The notes beneath the pieces were generated by a model. The model had not been told where the DNA came from, did no database searches, and saw nothing but the letters and a program-made list of their open reading frames with translations. A DNA stretch of 63,769 bases, the filler included. It is 9 parts of 9 records of this genome, joined end to end, with 100 filler letters (N's around TTAATTAATTAA, not from the genome) between each part and the next. Parts side by side here need not be neighbours in the genome. Positions count along the whole stretch, not along the records: positions 7,543 to 22,711 come from SRR7504441_488; positions 22,812 to 29,341 come from SRR7504441_489; 7 more parts are not named here. One strand, written 5' to 3'. Below, piece after piece: positions 13,801-25,332 of the stretch; within the stretch, counting starts at the first letter, position 1; the number at the start of each line of letters is the position of its first letter. Made by a program: the position numbers and the translations under genes.

Positions 13801-16800
13801 AGTTGAAGAGAAGGTGGTATCGCTACCTTTTGAGAAGGTTGAACTGCCTGACCTCATCCGTACCACGACACCAATCATGACACTTGAAATGGTTTCAAAG
13901 AGTTATGACTGCGCCGCCTTGCCCGCTTTGCACACTGCAACTCTCACAGGGCTCAAGCCCTCGAGGCAAAGTCTGTCATTTGGGCAAAATAGAACAATGA
14001 TCAATGATACACTGTTGAAGTCAGCAGGGTCGACATATACAGCGCACAGATCTTTATTAAGGATTGTCGGGGTGAGTGGTGGCCTATTCCACCAGACCGG
14101 TGATGCCATGGAATCAGACTTCGATCCAGCTGTAGATGACCATGATAGAAACTCAGTCACAGAGGTGGAGCTGCTGCAGCCCATGTGGATGCTTCAATGC
14201 GCAAAGACAAAGCCGCCAGGCTCCAAGATTGCGTTCAGAACAAACAAACCAGTTGTGGTATATGCTGCATCTCAGCTTACACAGCGAATGAGCAAGGCAC
14301 AACGGACAGGCCACCATGATCAAGCTGCATTCAGCTGTGGGCAGGTAAGCTCAGAGGGCTTTGAAGACACAGTATTCGAAGTGGCAGCGGAGCTTATGCC
14401 AAACACGACCAACATGGAGGAGGTAAATCAGCTCAGACTGGACAAAGCAAGAAACACAATCAGACCTCGTCCATTGCGTTGGTATTCGCTCAAGCGGCGC
14501 CAGTTTCCTGAAGGACAAATAGAATTCTCACTGCAGTATGACCAAGGAAACCAGTCGACGTGTGGCGAAATGTCTGATCCAGGAGCATTCTTCTTCGTCC
14601 TACAGAACGGAGAACCTGTGTCAAAGCCCTATCTTAAACCTCTCATCATCACTGATCCAGGAGAACAGCAATCTTGGACAGCACCAACAAAGGCTATACA
14701 GAAAAAGTTGAGCCGAATCGAGACTGAGGAGGAAATGGACCAGCCAGCACTGAGTGCAATCCCGCTTCTGCGTGGGGCCCGTCGACTTTTGGGTGCCCCG
14801 GAGGACAGTAGGGCAGTTGAACCATCCACCAGTGGTGAAATGATCGCAATGAGTGAACCATGCTCTGGCCTCATGGACCAGCGCTTTCATGTCTGTACAG
14901 AAAAATCATGCTGGCCTTCGGGACACGCACCTGATCAAATTCAGGCTCAGGCCGAGCAGCACAACTTCAGTCTGACTCGACCTGTCCCAATGCCTGTGGT
15001 CCACCCATCTCAACGTGGAATGTCACTCAAGGATTATTTGATGATGACTCCATCCCAACCAGTCAAAGCAAGTCTTAGTGCATTACAGAACCCAAGAAGT
15101 ATTACTACTACCTTTATTGTTGTTGCCGAGGATAACCATACGCACAGTGAGTACACTGTAGTCACGCACAATGGACGACGCCCCTCAGCCGATGCAACTC
15201 TCTGTGGACTCGGAGCCACTCTTGCTGGTGAACCCTGGTCTAGAGACCCGACGACAGGTGTAGAGTTTCTCCCAGGGATGGCTCCAGCCTTCAGCTACAA
15301 CCAATACAACTACAACTTGACTGTACAGGATACGGTTGGTGGCATCTGGCTGCAAGCAACAGCTAACGACCCGGCAGCCTTGCTGAAAGTGTTTGAGGTG
15401 TGCAACGAGGCTGCCGTACATCGCGGCGACACCTCGCCTTGTGGCGCCATGACAGCACCTCATGTGGCCTCAGGTGACATCAGCCACAGGTGGGAACTAG
15501 ATTATGGCGATAACTATTTGACCGTGCAGACCACTGCTCAGAATGGTTTTCAGCTCACCTACAACATATCTGTGTGGAGGTTACAGAAGCCTGTTTTGGA
15601 GAAACTTGCCACTCATGTTCACTTCGATGGTTGCAACTCAGATGAGAGCATGGGTGTTCTTGTCCCTGCATTCCGCGCCGAGTTGTTCAAGTATGCGGTT
15701 GGTGTCATCAACCGAGTGCCAAGCATTGAGTTCTCTTTCATGACGCATTCGATGAATCAGCCACTCAAGCTGAGGCTGAATGGCAATGAAGTGCCTCACT
15801 TGCCTGCTGACCATAGCCAGCCTGGGATTGGGTTGCTACCCACTGCCGAATGCCAGCCACCACGAAATAATGACTATACCCCACTGGAGCTATGCTTGAT
15901 GAGTCATGGCTGGGCAACAGAGCAGCATGCAATGATTGCAGCCAAGGACGAGGGTCTCCAACGGCTTGAATTGGCCAAGCGGCTTGGGCGGCAGCTAAAT
16001 TTGAGCCATCACGAAGGGATCAACCAGTTCAGACCAGCTGTTGCAGGGCAGGTGCTCAAGTCAGAACATGAGGCAGTCGTTGGAGTATTCGCTTGCAATG
16101 AAGGCGGGCCGCAGGGGACTTGCCACACCATACACCGGGGCAAGGGCGCAATCACGATGGAATATGTTTCTGACAATGGTGAAATGACTGGAACATTTGA
16201 CTTTGATCACGTGAACTACAGTCCTTGGGGTGTGAAGGAGGCAGAGCGGTTCTGCATGAGCCTCCCTGTGAATCACTTCGTTGAGCCTGAAAAAGTATTC
16301 CGTAGCGGAGACTGCAATCTGGAGGACCCCAAAGAACTAATTTGGACCTTTGTCAACGCACACAACCATATTACGTGTGCAACTCCAACAGTAGGCTGTG
16401 TCACCAACAAAGCCTTGCTTATGGAGTGTCCAAAAACTTCTTTTAAATATGACCAGGGTTGTCTCTATGAGAACCGCGTGATGCCATTGTTGAAAGGCAA
16501 CAATGTATTCGAAATCGATATTAGTAACTTCAATGGGAGAAGTAACAAGTATACAGTCGGAGTGCATCGCGATCCAGAGGCGGCACTATGCAGTTTGAAC
16601 ATCTCAATACCACAAAAGGAGACTGCCTGCATCTCAGAGCTGCAAGAATTGACCCCAGCATTCAACTTCGAGACCTTGGAATATACCTACAAGGTATCTT
16701 ACGCTGTGGATGCGATAGATATTGTGGCATCAGTCAATGAAGGGATTCAGATTCAGATCGACACTAAGGTCATCCCGTCCGGTAAAATGACTCGTTATCA

Positions 16801-19800
16801 GCTGCAGCCCGGGACTAACCTGCTCGTTGTTAACACTATCAGCACAGACCGCACAACTAGAAAAGTATACAATGTGCAAGTTCTGCGTGTACCGCAGCCA
16901 TCAGCAGATGCCACGCTGTGCAGCCTCAAGGCAACGTACAAGAGCTGCTCAGGTGGTGGGTTTCATACTGGCTGTCCTGAGGCAGTCGAAACAACCCAAT
17001 ATGGTTGGTTGCCTGCATTCAATCCTCGAACAACAGAGTATGAGCGTGACTTGGATTTCAAGTATGCAGCGGTACAGCTCCTGGCAACAGGGAATGTATA
17101 CGGCGCCACGCTACTCTTGTATCGAGATCTGAGTGCACACCCTCGACAAGAGCCTGAGTTGCTGGTAAGTGCTTCAAGCACAGTCTGGCTACCTCTGCTC
17201 GAGGGATATTCGAATGTATCCGGATTAGAAGTGATTGCGCCAGATGGCGTCACAAAGAAAATGTATCGGCTGACAATGAACCGCAAGCCGTCGCCTGACG
17301 ACACATTAACCTCAATTGTGCTATCGGAGGATCCCCAGCTCAAGCCTGAATTCTTCAACAAGCAAAACAGCTACTTCGCATCATTTCCAAACCCTTGCTG
17401 GACATGCCACGGCGGACAGGTGCCGCTTCTCACAGTCACACCAACTGCACGCCACTTTGGTTCCAAGATCATTGTTGGAAGCGATGTGGTGGCCTCTGGT
17501 TCTAATTGTCCAAAGAAGCTGATAGCAGAGGGGGCTACGATTAAGATTCCTATTACAACAATCGCCCAGAACAAGGTCAACAAGATCATCACAATGCTTA
17601 CTGTGTCCCGTGCGCCGTCTCCTGATGCTGCACTCAAGGCACTCAAGCCTAGTTATGGTACACTGTATCCAGAATTCTCACCTGCCATATTGCACTATCA
17701 TCTGAATGTTGACAAGCACGCGATCGAGAAGATTGCATTGACAGCAACAACCCGCAATCAGCACGCTACAATCCAGGTCGACTCACAAGCAACGGTTTCT
17801 GGCATGCAATCACATCAAATACCTTTGAAGGCGGCAGCTACCACTAAAGTGCTCGTAAGCGTGAACGCTCAAGATAGTAAGCATGTAGAGATTTATACAG
17901 TGGCAATCACAAGGGCTGCCTGCAATCGATGCCTGGCTGCTGCACGGGCAGGTGTGACTGAATCTGAGACCAAGCTAGTGCAGCTCCGCAATAGCTATCA
18001 TCAATGCCGATTATCATTCAAGGAACTGATGCGCAATACAGCTGAAATGAGACGCGAGCTGATGGTGACTCGTATCAAAACCATGCATGCCATCCAAGCC
18101 ACGCTTAGGGTTGCACGACATAGGAAGGAACAAGCTGATGATGCTGCCAATGCTGCGCAGACCTTATTGGACCAAAAGTTGAAGTACACAGAGAAAATGC
18201 GCATGCGCATGATGAAGTACAAAGAAGACTTCTTCCGTCTAGCAGGACAACTCGGCAAGGTTCAGGAAGAGAATTTTAAGGCAAAAGAGGCCTACCCAGA
18301 AGCCCGCATGCGACAGAAAGAAGCTGACACTAGTATCGAGGACCACAAGCGGGAACTGCGGGAAGCAAAGGTTGGGCTTCTTTTCGTTCAAACAGACATC
18401 AGCGCGACACAGCAAGAGCTCAAGAAGGTTAACTTTATGACCAAGAGCGAACCAAAATTATTCGAAATGCTTAAAACAGCCGGGCAGGCTCACCAAGGCT
18501 ATGTTGAAGCCAAGGACCAGTACAATGAGCACAAAACACAGTTCGAAGTTGCAACTGAGGCACAAATTGCTGCAAGCAAGGACATTTCAACAGCTAGGGA
18601 GAATTTAGATAAAGCCATTGCAAAGAGTTCTGATGCTTTGCCGGAGCTTAAAGAGGCACTGAACGTAGCAAAAAGGCAGGAGAACGACAAACGTCATTCA
18701 CAAATCAAGTTTCAAAGCCGTGTTACTGCAGCTGAGAAAGTTATGCATGGCGCAATGCAGAAATATATGGAGAAAGCTAATCCCATCCAACAAGTGCTGC
18801 AATCATTCAGCGGAACAAAGGATGAGGTTGTAGGCTCCAAAACTGGGTTGCAGACCGTCGACTTTGATGTTCTAAAGTCGACAGTTGCTGGAGTAATTCA
18901 GAAAGCAAAGGTTCGTGGAGAGGAGCTCTTCAAGGAGCTCGACAAACTCCGAGTGGCGAATGCGACCAAGACAGCAGAGATCAACAATGCAACGGGTGCA
19001 TTGGAAAAATCAGAGACACTGGCAGAAGAGGCCTATAATGCAGTCATAGAGGCCCAAAACCGTAAAGTAGAGACTCACAAAAATGTTGCAAGGCTTGGCA
19101 GCCTGCTTGATACTGCAAAGGCAAAGCTGGAGAAAGGCCTCTCCAGCAGGGTGGACGCGCAGCGGTTGGAGAAGGCAGTTGGCAGGGCACTCGACCTGTT
19201 GACTCAGAAGGCCATAGTGCATGCAAATAGAGTTGCAACATTGGAAAAGCGTCTCGAGATGGTCCAGGCAAGGAGCAAATTGGTCGACGCAAAGAGTACA
19301 GACAAGCGGGACAAAACACTGGCTACAACTCTGCAGGAGTCCCTAAGTAAGACACAGGCCAGCTTTGACAAAGCATTGGCCGCTTTCAACTCAAAGGAAG
19401 CAGATCTCATAGTGGCCGAGGATCGCTTGAGGGAGGTTAAAAATACAGACAAACAGTCACTAAGCGAAGACACCAACGACGAGTTGAAAAATGCGTCGGA
19501 GGCAGAGCATGTCGTAAGTGAGGCCTTCAAGTCTTCTAAGAAGCTGAAAGAAAGCATAGGTGTCAACCTGGACGAAATAAAAGCCACTATGCAGACGGCA
19601 GTAGAAAAGCTCGATGCAAATGCCCGAAAATTGACCAGTGCCACAAACACGTTTGAAGATGAGAAGCGCAGGATGCGCAGCTTTGAAGCTGGAACAATCG
19701 CCAAATCTAATAGTGCTGTACGCAGGGCCGATGTGTATGTCACTCAATTGCAAGTTCAGCTCGTCAAGGACAAACAATCATTAGATAAGGCCAAAATTGA

Positions 19801-22711
19801 CGCAAAGCTATCTCGTATTGCTGCAAGCAGTGAATTCCGTGAGGGCCTCGAGAAGAAGGTGGATGCACTTAACGAAACAATTGTGGTTAGGAAAGAGCTG
19901 ATTAGAAAATCTACTCAGGAGGTGGTCCTCTTTGCTCATCAGCTGAGCGAGATTAGCAAGCAGATTGTTAATGTTTCCATGCAAGGCAACGACGACCTTG
20001 TAGCTATTGACGAGGCTCATTTTGAAACTGCTGCAGCAAAGGAGGAGGCTCAAAACGCTGCAGCTGTTACAGCAGAAGAGTCAAAGATGCGACAACTCAA
20101 GGAGAGCAAAGAGGTTGTGAGCGGCTTGACCGCAAGTGAGAAAGTTGCTCGTGACAAGGACGCTGCAGTGGAGGTGGAGAACAAGGCGCAAGTGGCGCTT
20201 GCGAGCTCTAAGAGGCATGCTGACCAAAACAAGGTCGAACTGAAACGCTTGATGAGCCAGATGAAAAAGATTAAAGTTTTGCACGCCCTGGCTTTGAAGT
20301 ATGAGGCAGGTCAGAAGCTGATTCTTCAGCATTTGGAGAGGGAACTACGCATTGCAACGAAGAAGCTGGACGGCTATGTTACATCGTCTGCACTGAAGGC
20401 AAAATTGATCAAGGAAGCGCAGGTCAGGCGAGACAAGCAACGGCAAATCGACATCAGGAAAGCTTTAGAAGACGGATTTGCAGCCAAACAAGTGGCCCAA
20501 ATGCAGAAAGAGGCCTCCCTGGAAAGGATGCAAGCCATCATGTTTAAAGAGGGCAGAGTGTCCAAAGAGAAGCAGGATGTGGATGCAACCCTATTTGACA
20601 TCAAAGCGCAGTATCACGGCACACTCACCTCTCTCAAGAGTGCAGAAGATGAGCTCAAAAAGACGGTCGACGCAGCTCAGAAGGGAATGGAAGACGACCT
20701 GGACCCTGAACAGATGAGTGTGCTCACGCAGAAGAAGCAAGACGCCCTTGCCTCAGTGGTCGAAATAAAGGACTTGGTTCACAAGGCCAAAGCAAAAGTA
20801 GAGTCAGCAAAGGCTAAGGAGAGTCAATTGGATGCGACTGAGCAGCACCTGGCTGAGCAGAAGAGCTCTGCTGAAGATGAAGTCAAAGAGAGCATCAATC
20901 TTCAGACTGAGGCTGAGATGAAGGTCAGCGAGAGCGAAGAGGAAATCAAGGACGATTTCAAGGTTGCAAAAAGCGACTTTGAGGCAAGCAAGAACTTTAA
21001 GCGCATAGCCAAGCGAAGTGCTGAATTGAAGGAGAAGAAAGCAGTAATGGAGAAGGAAACAGTACGCAACGCGATAGCAGATGCACTGATGGAGGCAAAT
21101 GTCACTTCTTATGCTGCGCAGAAACAGAATAAGCTGAAGCGGATTCTTTTGGAGTTGCAGCGTAGGGCGTACTATATGAAGCAAGCTAGCACCAGGGCGT
21201 ATCAGCAGCTGCAGCAATCTAAGCAAACCGCGGCTCAATTGAGAACTCGGGTCAGCAGAGCTCGAGAGTTTAGGACAAAAGCAATTGTGCAAGCTTCTAA
21301 ACTGGTGCAGCAAGGCAACCAGGATGTTGTAGCCCACTCCAAGCGTCTGCAAGATACCACTGCTACCGAGCTACAGTTGGTACAGGAAAGAGATCTGATC
21401 TCAGCTGAGGTAAAGGCTGCCCTGAATGATGGGGCAGCGGAATCTGAGGAGCAGAGGGTAGCTTATGAGGCTTATCGACTTGAGCAGGAAGCGGCACAAG
21501 CTGCGGCACAAGCTGCAGCAGACGCAGAGACAGCGCTCAAGACGAAATTGGCTGCGAAACAAGCTGCAGCAGATAAGGAGGTGGCGCTTTCCAGAGCTTT
21601 CCTCGAAGCTAAGCAAGCGTTGCATGCAAAGTCCATGAGTGAAGCCAATGAGGCAGAACTGGAGGCTGGGATTCGAAGACTGCTCGCAGAGGCACAAAAA
21701 GAGCAAGAGCATCTGATGGAACTCGCTCAACAGTCTGCTCGACTACAGATAGAGAGTGAAACTGAACAGATGCAGAAAGATCTGCTGGTGAACGAGCGTG
21801 ACGCTGCGGTTGAAGCTGAAAAAGAGCTGGAGAAGGAGCTTGCCGCTGATGATATTAGCCTTGAGAATTCTAGGCGCTATCTTGAGAACAAGAAGCTTGA
21901 AATGCATGGAGCATCAACAGTGCTGGCGAGCAGCAGTGTCCAGGTCGCGAATGAAGCAGAGAGTATCAAACGCGACCTTTTAAAGCTCCTGGAACGGAGA
22001 GAAAGCGAGATCGACAAAAAGTCTGCAATGGAGGACGAGGCTGCCAAGAAGGCGGCTACCTTGAGAGCGATGCAGGCGCAAGAGAGGGTGTCGGCTATGG
22101 AATCAATGAATGCCGAGGAGAAGGCGGCAGCAATGGAGTCGATTAGTGCAGAGGACAAGGCAGCGACTCTGGCTGCGATGCCCGCAACAGAGAAGGCAAC
22201 TACTCTGACAGCGATGTCAGCGGACGAGAAGGCAGTTGCACTTGAGTCAATGAGTACTGAGGTTAAGGCAGTAACTCTAGCGTCGATTCCAACAAAGGAA
22301 AGGCCAGAAGCGATGGCATGGATGAGCCCTGAGGAGAAGGCAGCAATTCTGGGAGCACTGCCAGCAGAGCAAAGGGTGGCAACCATGGAGTCAATGAGTC
22401 CTTTAGAGAGGGCTGCAATTCTAGCAGGGATGTCAGTGGATGAGAGGGCAGGAACAATGGAGGCGATGAGTGCTGAGGACAAGACAGCAACCCTAGCAGT
22501 AATGCCAGCAGTAAAGGAGAGGGTGGCAGCAATGGAAATGATGAGTCCTTTGGAAAAAGCGGCGGCTCTGGCAGCAATGCTACCAGAGGAGAGGGTAGCA
22601 ACAATGGAGTCCATGAGTGCTGCAGCAGAGGAGAAGGAGAAAGCAATTAAGCGCTCAAATGATAGCGAGACAGCAGAGAAAAAGGAGGACTCGGAGCATA
22701 AGAGCAAGGAG
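7544..22711 (+). CDS. Giant (>5,050 aa, open at both ends) extracellular-type multidomain protein: APS stalk, PAN/apple, kringle, LamG x2, ricin-B, cadherin-like beta-sandwiches, long coiled coil, helical repeats
   Basis: One uninterrupted frame across the whole contig. Kringle (CY..DYRG..C..W..CRNPD..WCY..WDYC, about 8420-8647); LamG (VNDGKWHNVALVR..FDGFLDDVRLW); ricin-like LCLD..LTSCD..QKW; repeated ADATL.SL..PAF..Y cadherin-like units; E/K/A-rich heptads from about 17950. Confidence 0.9.
22050..22620 (+). repeat. About 36-nt coding repeat encoding 12-aa helical units (MS.EEKAA.LA. / MP.EERVATMES)
   Basis: About 15 imperfect copies visible in the translation near the C-terminal contig end. 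Confidence 0.85.
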
Positions 22712-22811
22712 NNNNNNNNNNNNNNNNNNNNNNNNNNNNNNNNNNNNNNNNNNNNTTAATTAATTAANNNNNNNNNNNNNNNNNNNNNNNNNNNNNNNNN
22801 NNNNNNNNNNN
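22712..22811. other. Artificial contig linker
   Basis: N44-TTAATTAATTAA-N44. Confidence 0.99.
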
Positions 22812-22887
22812 TTCCACAACGTAAAAACACTGCCTTTCCCGATCACTGCCCAGAGAGCGGAGGCACACAGCACCAGCGGGAAGCCAA

Positions 22888-23883
22888 ATGGCCCGGCTGA
22901 CGCGCCCTATCCGAAGCCTGCTGCTCAGCACCGGCTGCATCGGGCGCGCCCTCAGCACCGAGTCGTCATCGTGCTCAGCTAACGCCACGGTGGGCTTCGT
23001 CGGCTCGACGGGGATCATGGGGGCGGGGATGGCCAAGAACCTGCTGGAGAAGACCAACGTGAAGCTCGTCATCTGGAACCGTGACGCCGCCAAGTCCGAG
23101 GCCGCCATCGCCGCGTCGGAGGCTTGCCGGAGCAGCCCGGGCCGGTGTATCATCGCCTCGTCCCCCGAGGAAGTGGTCGGCATGAGCGGCATCACCCTGT
23201 CCATGCTCCCGACCCCCGAGGCAGCCAGCGAGGTATTCCCACGCCTTCTAGAGGCTGCGCGGCCTGGCAAGGCTCTCATCGACTGCGCCACACTGAGGGC
23301 GGCCGACATGGTCAAGATGTCCGATGCCTGGACCGCGGCCGGGGGCCGGTTTTTGGAAGCACCCGTGTCCGGCAGCAAGGGCCCGGCAGCGGCAGGGCAG
23401 CTCGTCTTCCTGACTGCTGGCGACGAGTCCCTGTTCAAAGATGCGGAGGAGCTGCTCGACGCCATGGGCAAACGCTCGTTCTTTTTCGGTGGCGCCACCG
23501 GGCAGGGCACCCGCATGAAGCTCGTGGTAAACAAAATGATGGTGGAAATGATGGCCACCTTGGGCGAAGGCATCGAGCTGGTGGGGCGGGCAGGGCTGCC
23601 GCAGGATCAGCTTGTCCAAGTGCTGCAGGAAGGGGCGATGGCGAACCCAATGTTCGGGCTTAAAGGCCCAAAAATCATCGCGGATGATCACGATCCCCAC
23701 TTCCCGCTGAAACATGCCCGCAAGGACCTGCTGTTTGCACTGGAGCTGGCTCAAGCGCTCGGCCAGACAAAGACGGATATGGGCAGTGCTGCCAAAGATG
23801 TCATTGCCCGCGCAGTTGAGGGAGACGGCAAAGGCCGCCTCGAGGAAGACTTTAGTGCACTTACCAAGGGCTGCCAGGATTGA
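22888..23883 (+). CDS. Glyoxylate/succinic-semialdehyde reductase (3-hydroxyisobutyrate dehydrogenase / 6PGDH-NAD-binding family), likely with an organellar presequence
   Basis: GFVGSTGIMG..MAKNLL, VIWNR, FLEAPVSGSKGPA..GQLVFL, MKLVVN, FPLKH..KDL; intronless; R/S-rich N-terminus. Confidence 0.88.
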   Translation: MARLTRPIRSLLLSTGCIGRALSTESSSCSANATVGFVGSTGIMGAGMAKNLLEKTNVKLVIWNRDAAKSEAAIAASEACRSSPGRCIIASSPEEVVGMSGITLSMLPTPEAASEVFPRLLEAARPGKALIDCATLRAADMVKMSDAWTAAGGRFLEAPVSGSKGPAAAGQLVFLTAGDESLFKDAEELLDAMGKRSFFFGGATGQGTRMKLVVNKMMVEMMATLGEGIELVGRAGLPQDQLVQVLQEGAMANPMFGLKGPKIIADDHDPHFPLKHARKDLLFALELAQALGQTKTDMGSAAKDVIARAVEGDGKGRLEEDFSALTKGCQD

Positions 23884-24040
23884 GGGTTGCTAGTACTTAC
23901 AATAGCTCTTCTGCATTTAGGTCTATTTATTTACCCCTTCCTCCGCCCTACACGTTTAGATCTAGCATTTAGCCCTATTAACCTAACCCCTTCCCAGCTG
24001 CGTTTCCGTTTGCGATGCATCCTGAGCCACAAAGACCTCG

Positions 24041-24988
24041 ATGTTGGCCGCGTGGCTGGCCGCCGTCGCCACTGCACTCCTGGCCGCGCCCTCTGCCGGC
24101 GAGACGGTGACGGTCGAGCTGAGCGGTCCGTCCCACCCGGAGCCGGTCACCGCGATCGTCTGCCTGGCCACGGGCCCGGCCGAGATGCTCGTGTTTGCAC
24201 ACGGAGGCGGGCTGTTCGCCCAGGACTACGCCTACCTGTGCCAGCTCAACGCAGCCGGGTTGAGCGTAGCGCTGCTTGTCTCCCGCTGTGACGACCCGCC
24301 CGCCCCGTGCCAGGGCCTGGAGCCGATGGCCCGGGCCCTCGCCTTCCTGGCCACAGCACTCCCAGGCCAGAGCGCCGACAACAGCTCGTCGCCGCTGTTT
24401 GGGAGAGTGCTCCCCGACGTCTCGGTGGCCGGGCACTCGATGGGTGCGGTGGCGGCGCTGCTGGCGGGTGACACCGGCTGGAGTGGGGCGGGCCCAACGC
24501 TGCGGCGGGTGGTGGGGCTGGCGCCGGGGCTATTTGGGACGCAGCTGCCGTGCATTGCATGCCACGGGGCGCGGATCAAGGTGCCCACGCTGCTGGCGGT
24601 CGGGGACATGGACTGCGTGCCCGAGAGCATGCTGGACAATCAAACGGACCGGATCTATAACAACCTGACCACGGAACTGCGTGCGTTGGTCTCTATTTCC
24701 GGAGGGAATCACTGCCAGTGGAGCAACCCTGTAAAGGGAACTTGCCCGTGGGACGTGTGTGGCACCCTGCCGAGGGCACAGCAGCAGCAGCTCGGTCTGA
24801 CGCTGATCGCGGCCTTCGCGGCTGGCAGTAAGAACGCGACGCGTTGGGGTGGCTTTGAGCAATTTCTAGCTGCAAGGCGCGGGAACTGGTCATTTTTGAC
24901 ACAAAGATCGCACGAGAAGCGATTACTAGATCGATGTGGAAACTGTACTAACCGCACAACCATCGGTGAATCGGCTTGGGTTTCATGA
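24041..24988 (+). CDS. Secreted alpha/beta hydrolase, chlorophyllase/cutinase-like
   Basis: Hydrophobic signal peptide; FAHGG oxyanion region; AGHSMGA nucleophile elbow; GDMDCV (Asp); GGNHCQW (His). Confidence 0.8.
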   Translation: MLAAWLAAVATALLAAPSAGETVTVELSGPSHPEPVTAIVCLATGPAEMLVFAHGGGLFAQDYAYLCQLNAAGLSVALLVSRCDDPPAPCQGLEPMARALAFLATALPGQSADNSSSPLFGRVLPDVSVAGHSMGAVAALLAGDTGWSGAGPTLRRVVGLAPGLFGTQLPCIACHGARIKVPTLLAVGDMDCVPESMLDNQTDRIYNNLTTELRALVSISGGNHCQWSNPVKGTCPWDVCGTLPRAQQQQLGLTLIAAFAAGSKNATRWGGFEQFLAARRGNWSFLTQRSHEKRLLDRCGNCTNRTTIGESAWVS

Positions 24989-25332
24989 TGACCGGCCTAA
25001 AGTTTAATTTAAAATAAATCATCTCGTGATCGATTCTTGTTCGACAGTGATTGATACGAGTACGTAACGCCGATAACTATGCTTGTACAATATCGATACA
25101 GTATCCACAGAGCTCCAGACGTTCCAGGATCCACAGATTGTGCAGATTGTGCCGACCACTCTCTTGCAGCTGCTTGGGGTTGCGCACAACTTGAACCAAA
25201 CTCCAACCAAGCTCGACATTCTCTAGACATTCTCATGTAGCACATTCTCCTGCTTCACTACTACCTCCTGGCCTCCAACAAGAATAATGCATTAGCATCC
25301 GCAACCGCAACCACGGAGTGAGGCTATTCGCA

